Positions 10,208 through 19,398 of a stretch of 64,000 nt of DNA are shown in pieces. Within the stretch, counting starts at the first letter, position 1; each line of letters begins with the position of its first letter. A program made the translations under genes and the position numbers. The notes under the pieces are model-generated. The model did no database searches. It saw only the letters and a program-made list of their open reading frames with translations, and had not been told where the DNA came from. The DNA is from an uncultured Bacteroidales bacterium (GTDB taxonomy: Bacteria; Bacteroidota; Bacteroidia; Bacteroidales; CAYTAU01), in contig CAYTAU010000001.1 of assembly GCA_964435855.1 (NCBI GenBank), positions 6,633 to 70,632 of the forward strand, given 5' to 3'.

Positions 10208-11554
10208 CTATTGCATATTTTTCATTTTTCTAATTTCATTTTCAAGGTCCTTTCTATTTTCACAACTTACATTTATTAATCTAAAAGCATTCTCTCCTTT
10301 AATTGTTCTCCATCTCCAATCCCATTGGTCAATTGTTTGATAATCGCCATTATCATACCACCATGAAGTATAGAGTTTATCTGTGCCATTTACCAACAAA
10401 GCGGTATAAACTTTCATGTTATCTATTGTTTCAATATTTATATTTTCGAACATATAACCACTTCCTTTCCAGCAAATATAAGGATTATGATCGCTTCCAT
10501 AAAATTGAGTTGGCGGCTTTATATATATTAAAGCATTATCATTATATAGTTTAGTAACGTTATGTTCTGCAATCTCTATATTATAAGCCTGATAATTTGC
10601 CGTATTAATATCAATATTAGCTATACTGTTTGGTTGATAAACAATATTATAATAAATCAAAGCAATTGTTATTGGTAAGATCAATAATGGAACATACTTT
10701 CTATTATCTTTTGAAAATCTATTTGATCGTTTCATCTTTTTACCCAGAAATGTAATTACAAATGGTGTAATAAAATACAAAGGCACTATTGTATATAAAA
10801 ATATGCTGAAAATACCTATTATTTCATGAGAAAATGTTCCAGGTTCTGACCTAAACAAAATTAAGGCAATTATTCTTGCCAAATTACTGATCATAATTAA
10901 AATTATAGTTATAATAACCTGAAAAATAATTCCGTAAATTGAAAGAACTTGTCGATTCCTCCTCTCAAAAATACTGGTAAATAACAACATCATAAGAAAT
11001 CCGGTAACAACCATTTTTAATCCTATACATTCAGGGTCGACTGAAAAAGAAGAACCTGCATGAGAAATAATATTTCCGCTAACAGTATTTTCATATCCAA
11101 TAAAATTTAATAATTTTCCTGATAAAGCACTTAATTCTAACCTAATTGAAAAACTAAAGATATTTACGAAATATCGTGTAATTGACCCGAGAATAAAAAT
11201 CAGGACCAGTATTGCATTATTAATTTTCCCAAACAGATTTTCAACAATAAATATAAGTGCAAAACAAAATGCGAAATAATATATGGTAAGAACAGGTACA
11301 AAGTAATACAGAACGAGCATTACCAAACTGTAAAACCCATAACGTAATGAATAAATATTTTTATCTTTTACATAAATAATCATGGGAAACATCAATAATC
11401 CGAAATATAAGTTAAAATCTGAAATAAGATATCTCGACAACATTGAAAACCCGGCAACAATAATAAGTATTACAGAACCCAAGGCAAAGATTGCTTGTCG
11501 CTCAGTGTAGAAGCGAATAAAATAATATAATATTGAATAATTTTTTGCCAACAT
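10208..11554 (-). CDS. Exosortase-family protein (Bacteroidota XrtK/XrtN-like) with fused C-terminal EpsI-like domain
   Basis: 448 aa. The polytopic N-terminal ~300 aa carries candidate exosortase catalytic motifs in the usual order: VDPECIGLKM (Cys), SNLARIIALI (Arg) and SHEIIGIF (His). The soluble C-terminal ~140 aa has GSDHNPYICWKGSGY, resembling the EpsI H-x-P-x-x-C-x-x-G-x-G signature. Confidence 0.75.
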   Translation of the reverse strand: MLAKNYSILYYFIRFYTERQAIFALGSVILIIVAGFSMLSRYLISDFNLYFGLLMFPMIIYVKDKNIYSLRYGFYSLVMLVLYYFVPVLTIYYFAFCFALIFIVENLFGKINNAILVLIFILGSITRYFVNIFSFSIRLELSALSGKLLNFIGYENTVSGNIISHAGSSFSVDPECIGLKMVVTGFLMMLLFTSIFERRNRQVLSIYGIIFQVIITIILIMISNLARIIALILFRSEPGTFSHEIIGIFSIFLYTIVPLYFITPFVITFLGKKMKRSNRFSKDNRKYVPLLILPITIALIYYNIVYQPNSIANIDINTANYQAYNIEIAEHNVTKLYNDNALIYIKPPTQFYGSDHNPYICWKGSGYMFENINIETIDNMKVYTALLVNGTDKLYTSWWYDNGDYQTIDQWDWRWRTIKGENAFRLINVSCENRKDLENEIRKMKNMQ

Positions 11555-11590
11555 TCTTCTTAAACTATTTTAAGTATTTTGAATTATTAA

Positions 11591-12268
11591 TTATATATGC
11601 CGATTCGGTATATTCAGGTATTTTACAGTCAGATATCCTAAGATAAAAAAGCATGAGAAAAATATTGTCATACCATAAACAGCCGCGTTACTAAATGGAT
11701 GAATAATAATATCTAACATATCTCTAGCAAGAGCTAAAGGATTTGAAATAATATCCCAACTATTCCATCTTAGATAACGCCCTATATATATTCCAAAACT
11801 ACCTGTGAAAATTGCTACAATAGCAAAGCTCCATGATATAAAGTTCCCAAATCTTCTTTTTATAATTCTTTGCAAAATTATTAGTGAAAAAAAGCCTAAC
11901 ACCAAGCCATTCCATGCAAATGAAAGAAGTAATATCAAATCGAACCACAAGGGCATTCCCGGTTTTTGCCATAAATGAAATAAGTCCGTTATTATATACG
12001 GTGCATTAGGAAAAATAGGCAACCACACAATTACTGTGAAAAACAGCATTATTTTAGATTTGAATGTTTTATCGTATAAACTGTAAACAAAACTTATTAT
12101 AAAAGGTAACCAGGCTAAGAATAAGTTCCATCCTAAAAATATAAATGTAATTCGTGAAGTATATGTCATTCTAAATATTAACAATGCTACACTAAATAAT
12201 GAAGAGAATATTAAAACCCATAATGCTCCCTCTTTCTTTTGTCTTCTTATTTTCTTATAAATATTCAT
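11591..12268 (-). CDS. DUF1361-like integral membrane protein
   Basis: 225 aa with 6-7 TM segments. The family assignment is from recollection of the WNLFLAWLP / APYIITD type motifs and needs an HMM check. Confidence 0.55.
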   Translation of the reverse strand: MNIYKKIRRQKKEGALWVLIFSSLFSVALLIFRMTYTSRITFIFLGWNLFLAWLPFIISFVYSLYDKTFKSKIMLFFTVIVWLPIFPNAPYIITDLFHLWQKPGMPLWFDLILLLSFAWNGLVLGFFSLIILQRIIKRRFGNFISWSFAIVAIFTGSFGIYIGRYLRWNSWDIISNPLALARDMLDIIIHPFSNAAVYGMTIFFSCFFILGYLTVKYLNIPNRHI

Positions 12269-12388
12269 TTACGATATTGTCTAAACTAATTAAATTTAAA
12301 ATTTTGTCATCTTTGAAAAAATATAATAATTATTACAATATTCTTTTATTTAGCAGATTAGCTCGCCAAAAAGTTTGAATACAAATTT

Positions 12389-13771
12389 TTATAGTTCTTT
12401 AATTTCACTTTTTAGCTTCGCTACCTTATCCTTTTTATCGTTATCATCAACTTTTAGATTATACCAGTCTATTTTTCGAGAAAAATACATAACAAGAGCT
12501 AGAATAATAAATAAACCAATACATCCAAATAACAATGCATAGCCTTGTAACTGAATTATTACAAAAATAAATGTGTACATAATAACAAGAATCCCAGATA
12601 CGAGAAATACGAGATTATTAATCTTAAGAACAGATTTCATATAAGCAGTAATTAATATTAAAGTTAGCAATGCTGAAATAATATATGCCAAATCAAAATT
12701 CAAATGTTCTGACATAGAAATTAATAAAGTGTAAAAAATTACTAATGCAATTCCAACTAAAATATATTGAACAGGATGAATAAATACTTTCTTTAACACT
12801 TCAACAAAAAAGAATACTATAAAAGTAAGAGAAACAAATAAAATTGCATACTTAATAGACCTCATTGATTTTTGATACCCATCAACAGGTAATCGCAAAT
12901 TTACTCCAAAAGATGAACTTGTAATATTATGTTTATGACCTGTCCATGCTTGAGGAAAATTCCTATTAAGATTTAATATGCTCCATTTAGCCGTAAATCC
13001 TTTTTCATTAATTTGTCGTGAATCCGGTAAAAAAGTGCCATCAAAACTTGGATTATTCCACTTAGAACTTATTTTAACATCGGTTGTTTTACCAACAGGA
13101 ACAAAATACAGTAGTTGACTCCCTCTTAAATTAATATCAAACGAAAACTCGAATGACATGCTATCTGCCTTATCAATATTTATTGGACAACTAATTCCAT
13201 TATAAAAAATTTCATCAGTTATAGCTCCAGGATTAAACAAGTTTTTTTCATTATTCCATTTTAATTCTACTTGTTTTTTAATTCCCTTGAGGTCGCTAAT
13301 TCCAATGCTAACAAACGCTTTGTCAAAATGTATGTGTTGTTTAAAAATCTCGAATTGTTTGTAATCAATTGAATTAAATTTTCCATGAAAATTGAGATTT
13401 GAGTTATATACAACAATTTTATAAATCCCCCTATATCGCTCTTTTGGGTCTATGTTTCCTATAATATTTAATTCGTCAGGAAGAATGTGCATGTATTCTA
13501 CGGTTTTTATAATTTTATCCTCGCGGTCACGTTCCGAATATTGTTTTACATATTTATCATAAGGAATTGTAATAATTGGTCCTGCTATTGTTTGCTTTTC
13601 GCCCCATTTCGAGCTAACTTCATTTATTGCATCACTTTGTATAAACTCTCTTTCCGTAATAAGATTTTTCAAAAGAGTTGTTGGTATTAATAGCAACACT
13701 ATTAAAATTACGATAATACCTGCTTTTAATAGAATATTCGATTTTAATTCTTTCATTTCAATTTCCTCCAT
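12389..13771 (-). CDS. creD: Cell envelope integrity protein CreD
   Basis: 460 aa. It has one N-terminal TM, a large periplasmic domain, then 5 C-terminal TMs. The N-terminus KAGIIVILIVLLLIPTTLLKNLITEREFIQSDAINEVSSKWG is typical of CreD. Confidence 0.8.
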   Translation of the reverse strand: MEEIEMKELKSNILLKAGIIVILIVLLLIPTTLLKNLITEREFIQSDAINEVSSKWGEKQTIAGPIITIPYDKYVKQYSERDREDKIIKTVEYMHILPDELNIIGNIDPKERYRGIYKIVVYNSNLNFHGKFNSIDYKQFEIFKQHIHFDKAFVSIGISDLKGIKKQVELKWNNEKNLFNPGAITDEIFYNGISCPINIDKADSMSFEFSFDINLRGSQLLYFVPVGKTTDVKISSKWNNPSFDGTFLPDSRQINEKGFTAKWSILNLNRNFPQAWTGHKHNITSSSFGVNLRLPVDGYQKSMRSIKYAILFVSLTFIVFFFVEVLKKVFIHPVQYILVGIALVIFYTLLISMSEHLNFDLAYIISALLTLILITAYMKSVLKINNLVFLVSGILVIMYTFIFVIIQLQGYALLFGCIGLFIILALVMYFSRKIDWYNLKVDDNDKKDKVAKLKSEIKEL

Positions 13772-13839
13772 TTTTAATTTTTACATTATTTATAGTAATA
13801 CTGTATATATTCATATTTTTGTAAATCATCACATTTTGT

Positions 13840-14217
13840 TTACAGTTTTGCTACCTTAGAAACAAAAACAATAAGTCCTATACTTGCCGATGTAATAGCT
13901 GCTATTAGTGCAGCACCTGCCGCAAGATCTTTAATTTTTCCTGCTTTTTCATTATGTTCGGGCGATACAAAGTCTACAAAATACTCTATAGAAGTATTTA
14001 TTATTTCTGTCATAAAAACAATCCCAATTGCAAAAATTATAAAACACCACTCTATAGTATTTATTTTTAATAAAAACCCGGCTATAATAACCAAGATTGC
14101 TATAACTGTATGTATCCAGACATTATGCTGAGTAGTAAAAAGTATTTTTATACCATTGAAAGCATAGACAAAACTCTTTGCCCGTTTTTTACTTGAAAAT
14201 TTGTTTTGTGTTTCCAT
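13840..14217 (-). CDS. dgkA: Diacylglycerol kinase family (DgkA / undecaprenol kinase-like) small membrane kinase
   Basis: 125 aa with 3 TM segments. It carries the SFVYAFNGI..., EIINTSIE and DLAAGAALIAAI motifs of prokaryotic DAGK. Confidence 0.8.
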   Translation of the reverse strand: METQNKFSSKKRAKSFVYAFNGIKILFTTQHNVWIHTVIAILVIIAGFLLKINTIEWCFIIFAIGIVFMTEIINTSIEYFVDFVSPEHNEKAGKIKDLAAGAALIAAITSASIGLIVFVSKVAKL

Positions 14218-14228
14218 AGTTTATTATT

Positions 14229-16736
14229 TTAAAATTTAAATCTATAAAATAAGAATCCCGCTACTAACAACCCCATAATAATTAATGCCCACTCATGAGG
14301 TTCAGGAACTGCTCCGCTTGATTCCGTAAAAGCATTTTCCAGGCTTGTATTAGCATCTGTTTTTTCAATATCAAATTTATCGTAATCTTCTTTCGATTCA
14401 AGAACAATAAGGCTTGATACCGGAGTAACAACATAAGCTTCTTTAGCAATATTTATTATTTCATTATTAATATATTCTTTATCAAGAAATTTATTGCCAA
14501 TTTCATTCATGATCCTATTGTACGCAAACAATCTTAATAAATGATCAGGGGCTTCACTTTTATGTGCAATTGTATCTTTAACTATTGCAATATTTGAAGT
14601 TTCTAATGCAACCGTGTTTTCATATTCTTTGATTATCGGAAAAGTATTCTCTTTTAATATTTGTTTAAGTTCATCAATAGTACCTGTCGCGTAATCAAAT
14701 GAATCATATTCTTTTAAAACCTTCAAATATGATGTTATGTTATCTCCAATATCAAACAGCTTTATTTTACCTTTATTACTTTTTAAATATTCAAGTGTAA
14801 AAAATTTAAAGGCAGTATTTTCAAGATCTTCAAGCATTGGAGAATCCGATTTTGATTCTGTTATTAATAATGAATTCTTAGGGGTCTCAATTTTGTAAAT
14901 GGGAAATAGAGAAAAATTCAAATTGTGTAGCTTAACAAAAACTCCTGCTCTATTATCCTCAGTAATTTGAGTCAATTCATTAGTAAATACAAATACATTT
15001 TTTTCCTTTATCAGTTTCCAAATCTCATTAAATTTACTCTCTGACCAACTATTATTAATGTCAAGATATACATTCTTTATATTAATATTCTCTTTGGTTT
15101 TGGTAATTTCTTTAATTTTATATGAATTGCCATTAAATGAAAAATACTTTTTTGAGAGTTCCGTTTTTGGCATTTTTATTTTCCAATTTGCTCTATATTT
15201 TCCTTTATATGTATATTTATCGTTCTTCTTTTTAAAGAACTTTGGAATATCAATATTTTTAAACTCTTCCGCATTCTTAACAATAATTTCTATGCTCTCT
15301 TTTGTGTCAGAGTAGTCAGGACCCTGAAAGTATACATTATCAAAGATCAATTCATTATCATTAATTCTCAATGGAACTGTTACGCCTAATTTAAATTTCC
15401 TGTCTTCTTTAGGAGTACAAGGAAAAACTCTAACTATTAACCTGTTTCCTTCCTGCCAATGAACAACGGAAGGATCTCTAACTTCAACACCAACAATTGT
15501 AGTATAAGCACTATCGGCTTTTTCTTTAGTTGTTAATCTTGCTTTTTCTTCAACACCGTTTATCCATAATGATAAAGAAGTTGCAACTGCTCCTTCAGGT
15601 AAATGAAATGTATACACAGCTTCTCCTTCAGGCGACCACCATCCGTGGGGATCATAATATGTATTCTCAATAGTTATTTTTTTCTCGATATATGCGAGCC
15701 TGTAGTCGGGCATCAATTCTACTTCTGTCTCAATATTTTTTGTAATTAGATCATCATCAGACCAAAGTCTGGGAATAGCTTCATGTCGGTATTTAAATTT
15801 TGTTTCTAATATTTTTATTTGATTATCTCTATAAATTCCGAGGTCTCCGAGTATATTATGTGATATCATTGTAAAAGGATCGTGTCTTTTAATGAAATTA
15901 GATGAACCAAAACCCCACATATCAAATCCCCAAAGATCTGTCCTTGTTTCATTAATTAAATCACTTTCCATTGCCCACTCTGTAAAATAGTCGTCAGGTA
16001 AATTTTGGCTAAGCATAACCCACTCGGGAATATCTTTATTTATATTCGCATTTGTATCTTTTACAAGTTCTTGTGTTTGTGACCATTTGAACATAAAAAA
16101 TATTGCGATAAATATAGGTATTACGGCTCCTGTTAAGAATGAGATTTTTGCAGGTCTGCTTTTTATTTTAAAAACAGGAATCAGAAATACAGCTAACCAA
16201 ATCCATTGTATTATTCCATTTAAAGAAATTCCAAAAAACCAGCAAAAAAGTAAACCAAATACTGAAATTGGAAATAATACTATTGAGAAATACAATGCAA
16301 TAGTTGCACCTGCTCCAAAAATAAAGAATATGGCTTCTTTTACATTATCAGATAGTTTTTCTTTATATGCATATAGTATCAAAGCAATTTGAGTAATAAT
16401 TATGTATATCTCTAACCATAGTACAGGCTCTGAAAAAGCACGCATACTTCTATTTAAGGCAAAAGCGCTTATTGTAAACAAGACAACAAATAACCTAAAA
16501 CTTCCGCCATCAAGTTTAAAAATATTCCATCCCTGAAATATTATTCTTCTTAATAATATAAAGGAAAAATACCCTAATGCAAGTATGTAATTAATGAAAA
16601 ATGAGCCTGTGAAAAAATCACTACTTGTTCCTTTATCATAAATGTCGGATAAAATAAATACTGATACAGACAAGCATATTGCTATTAGACCAATTAGTTT
16701 TGGTAGTTTTTGCGAAATTTCTATTTGTTTTTTCAT
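14229..16736 (-). CDS. Polytopic membrane protein with VIT-like domain and C-terminal VPEP-CTERM sorting signal (putative exosortase substrate)
   Basis: 835 aa. The N-terminal ~220 aa is multi-TM. The middle segment YTFHLPEGAVATSLSLWINGVEEKARLTTKEKADSAYTTIV...DPSVVHWQEGNRLIVRVFP is VIT-like. The extreme C-terminus SGAVPEPHEWALIIMGLLVAGFLFYRFKF is a PEP motif, a TM helix and a basic tail. Confidence 0.8.
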   Translation of the reverse strand: MKKQIEISQKLPKLIGLIAICLSVSVFILSDIYDKGTSSDFFTGSFFINYILALGYFSFILLRRIIFQGWNIFKLDGGSFRLFVVLFTISAFALNRSMRAFSEPVLWLEIYIIITQIALILYAYKEKLSDNVKEAIFFIFGAGATIALYFSIVLFPISVFGLLFCWFFGISLNGIIQWIWLAVFLIPVFKIKSRPAKISFLTGAVIPIFIAIFFMFKWSQTQELVKDTNANINKDIPEWVMLSQNLPDDYFTEWAMESDLINETRTDLWGFDMWGFGSSNFIKRHDPFTMISHNILGDLGIYRDNQIKILETKFKYRHEAIPRLWSDDDLITKNIETEVELMPDYRLAYIEKKITIENTYYDPHGWWSPEGEAVYTFHLPEGAVATSLSLWINGVEEKARLTTKEKADSAYTTIVGVEVRDPSVVHWQEGNRLIVRVFPCTPKEDRKFKLGVTVPLRINDNELIFDNVYFQGPDYSDTKESIEIIVKNAEEFKNIDIPKFFKKKNDKYTYKGKYRANWKIKMPKTELSKKYFSFNGNSYKIKEITKTKENINIKNVYLDINNSWSESKFNEIWKLIKEKNVFVFTNELTQITEDNRAGVFVKLHNLNFSLFPIYKIETPKNSLLITESKSDSPMLEDLENTAFKFFTLEYLKSNKGKIKLFDIGDNITSYLKVLKEYDSFDYATGTIDELKQILKENTFPIIKEYENTVALETSNIAIVKDTIAHKSEAPDHLLRLFAYNRIMNEIGNKFLDKEYINNEIINIAKEAYVVTPVSSLIVLESKEDYDKFDIEKTDANTSLENAFTESSGAVPEPHEWALIIMGLLVAGFLFYRFKF

Positions 16737-16747
16737 TTTTTTAATTT

Positions 16748-18247
16748 TTATTGTTTAATTCTTTGTGCTATTGTTATTAGATTTTCATATGAATTACTAC
16801 TCGCATAACTCCACGACAACCATGATTTTTCTTCTTTTGAATAAATAAAGTCCTCAATTCTTTGGTCAAGTATTTCTATTGAATTTTCATTCTTTAAAAA
16901 ATTTGAATTGATAAACTTATCTCTGTTTTCATCAAGAATATATAAAGTATTATCTGACATTCTTAAAAGAAAGTCTGCCTCCATGTTTTCAGGAAATCGG
17001 TGATCAAGATTATGCTTTGTAATTATTATATCCCAATTAAAGAATGATATAAAGATCATCATTAAGAATACAGCCCATGCATTTGTTTTTAGAAGATAAA
17101 ACCCAGAACGTTTTTTCTGTATTTTAAGGAATATTGTAATTAGACCAACAATAGTTAAGCATAGAAATATTAATACTCCTATTCTTTTGTACGCTAATCC
17201 AAAATAGTTTATATAATGATAATTACGAATTATAACAGAGATTATCATAATAATATTTTGACCTAACCACGCATAAACACCATATTTCAATAGTTTGTTT
17301 TTAGAGAAAAAATTCAAATTCCCTCTAAAATAGATCAGTATTAAAGTCATTGATAAAAGAATACTAAGGATTAATAAGTAAGTTCCTTCGTGAACCAATT
17401 GTTTAAGATCCATTCCTTCTTTAAGCTCAAAATTCAGCCATATCCAGTTAATATCAATAATGTTGACTATTAGAACAAGTATATTTATCAGGATTACAAG
17501 AATTAATGCTCGTTTATATTCATTTTGTAAGGCAAGGAATTTTCCGAATCTTTTTCTTTTGGCTTTTATTGATTCTCTTGAAATATGCTCGTTTCTTTTT
17601 GATTCGCTTGAAGTAAAAAAGTCAAGTTTTGCATTATAGATAATGCCAACAGTAATTGAAAACCCTAACACAAGAAAAAAGAACTGTGCCCAAGTATAAT
17701 TTATAAACAATTCTTCTAAGAAAACACGTATGCTTTTACCAATATCTGCTGTAAACTTATGAAATACAGGGTTGGCGCCTTTAAAAATAAAATAGAAAAC
17801 GAGAAGAATAAGAATGGGAAATAAAAATAATTTAAGCCATCTCCAGAATGAAGTTTTACCTTTTCTGTTTTCTTTTTTTGATTTAAGGTCAAGAGCCAAC
17901 AATCTTGGTGCAACAAAGAAATTTAAAAATCCTGCCGACCAAGATGTTAGCACTGACCTTAAACTTGGCTGAAATATAAAGCCAAGCGTTAAAATAAACG
18001 AACAAATAAATGCGAACTTACTTGTTCCTGAGTTATAATAAACTACTAAAACTGCCGATATTAATGTGCCTACAAGGGCTATAAATATGTTCTTTTTCTT
18101 AAAACTGTCCGCTTGTAAATAAAATACTAATCCGAACATTATTACACTATATATTAGTGTATTTATTCCAAGATTTTCTCCCCAGAAAAAAGTATAAAAT
18201 ACTATTGTTCCGGCTACTAAAGCTAATAATCTTACTGTCCTTTTCAT
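16748..18247 (-). CDS. Large polytopic membrane protein (DUF4153/DUF4173-like)
   Basis: 499 aa with more than 10 TM segments. It lies 11 nt upstream of the VIT/PEP-CTERM gene. The family name is tentative. Confidence 0.6.
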   Translation of the reverse strand: MKRTVRLLALVAGTIVFYTFFWGENLGINTLIYSVIMFGLVFYLQADSFKKKNIFIALVGTLISAVLVVYYNSGTSKFAFICSFILTLGFIFQPSLRSVLTSWSAGFLNFFVAPRLLALDLKSKKENRKGKTSFWRWLKLFLFPILILLVFYFIFKGANPVFHKFTADIGKSIRVFLEELFINYTWAQFFFLVLGFSITVGIIYNAKLDFFTSSESKRNEHISRESIKAKRKRFGKFLALQNEYKRALILVILINILVLIVNIIDINWIWLNFELKEGMDLKQLVHEGTYLLILSILLSMTLILIYFRGNLNFFSKNKLLKYGVYAWLGQNIIMIISVIIRNYHYINYFGLAYKRIGVLIFLCLTIVGLITIFLKIQKKRSGFYLLKTNAWAVFLMMIFISFFNWDIIITKHNLDHRFPENMEADFLLRMSDNTLYILDENRDKFINSNFLKNENSIEILDQRIEDFIYSKEEKSWLSWSYASSNSYENLITIAQRIKQ

Positions 18248-18266
18248 CTGATAATTGTTTTAAAAT

Positions 18267-18337
18267 AATTGCCAGATGGAACTCGCCACTATCATCATTT
18301 CTTTGCATGTTAAGCTAATTGACATGGCTCGTTTCAT
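18267..18337 (-). repeat. 71-nt intergenic element, copy 1 (reads ATGAAACGAGCCATGTCAA... on the transcribed strand)
   Basis: 58/71 ungapped identity by hand count to the copy at 39227..39297. It ends 20 nt upstream of the DUF4153-like start codon. Confidence 0.8.
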
Positions 18338-18426
18338 AAACAATTATTTGGTTAAATTTCTAATTTGCAGTATCAGTAGTAAATAACCCTATAATTCGCA
18401 TTTAATTGTTCATGTTAAAACCTTTT

Positions 18427-18726
18427 TCAGCTTCCTCCTTTTATTAATTGTTCAAGAGCATCAAGATGTTGTTTGAAAGCTCTTTTACCTTTTTCTGTTA
18501 CTTTATATGTTGTATTCGGCTTTTTGCCAATAAATTGCTTTTTTACCTCAATAAATTTTTCTTTTTCTAATGCATTTATGTGACTTGCTATATTTCCATC
18601 ACTTGCATCGAGCATCTTTTTTAGTGATTTAAAATCTACTTTATCATTTACCATAAGTATTGACATTATTCCTAAACGAATCCTGTTTTCGAAGATCTTA
18701 TTAATATTTAGAATAATGTTTTTCAC
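18427..18726 (-). CDS. Small winged-helix transcriptional regulator (HTH_34 / PadR-ArsR-like)
   Basis: 99 aa. It has RLGIMSILMVNDKVDFKSLKKMLDASDGNIASHINALEKEKFIEVKK, then a wing and a C-terminal helix. Confidence 0.75.
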   Translation of the reverse strand: MKNIILNINKIFENRIRLGIMSILMVNDKVDFKSLKKMLDASDGNIASHINALEKEKFIEVKKQFIGKKPNTTYKVTEKGKRAFKQHLDALEQLIKGGS

Positions 18727-18747
18727 TTTTAATTCTTTGTTTCTTGT

Positions 18748-19398
18748 TTATTTCTTTTCGTATTTATAATACATTATAATACCATAAAGAATATGAAATA
18801 CACCAAAACCAACAGCCCAAATTAATAAACCATAACCGGGAATAAAACATGCTGTTAATCCAAGCAATATTTCAATTATCCCAAGATATTTAATATCATT
18901 TAAAGTATATTTGCTTGCATTTAACAATGCTAATCCATAAAAAATTAGTGTTACAGGAGCAATAAGAAATATTGCACCATAAAATAAAAGCACTATACAA
19001 AAAATCCCTCCAGTAACAACCGGAATTATTAAAGCTGAAAGCATTTGTTTAACAGCTTTTGACCAAATTTTATGACCACTCTTTTTTGCTTTTCTTGTTG
19101 TAAGGATAATTGCAAAAAATAATGAAAAAACAAAAACCAAACCTGCATCAACAAAAAGGAAAATTAAAAAGTCGGGTAAGGGATAACCTCTATAATCGAA
19201 TATCTGATTAAAAAGTTCAGGAGTATAAAATTCATAATTGAAATACCAAAAAGCTACCGCTGCTCCAATTAATGCGAATATTCCTGCAAGAACGCCCGAT
19301 AGTCCGCTAAGAGATATAAAACGAGAAGAATGTTCCATTATAGAACGTATCTCTATTAAGTTCTCTAAGTGTTGTGTCTGTTTTGTTTTATCATCCAT
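18748..19398 (-). CDS. Membrane protein (5-6 TM), unknown function
   Basis: 216 aa. It lies 21 nt upstream of the wHTH gene on the same strand. Confidence 0.6.
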   Translation of the reverse strand: MDDKTKQTQHLENLIEIRSIMEHSSRFISLSGLSGVLAGIFALIGAAVAFWYFNYEFYTPELFNQIFDYRGYPLPDFLIFLFVDAGLVFVFSLFFAIILTTRKAKKSGHKIWSKAVKQMLSALIIPVVTGGIFCIVLLFYGAIFLIAPVTLIFYGLALLNASKYTLNDIKYLGIIEILLGLTACFIPGYGLLIWAVGFGVFHILYGIIMYYKYEKK

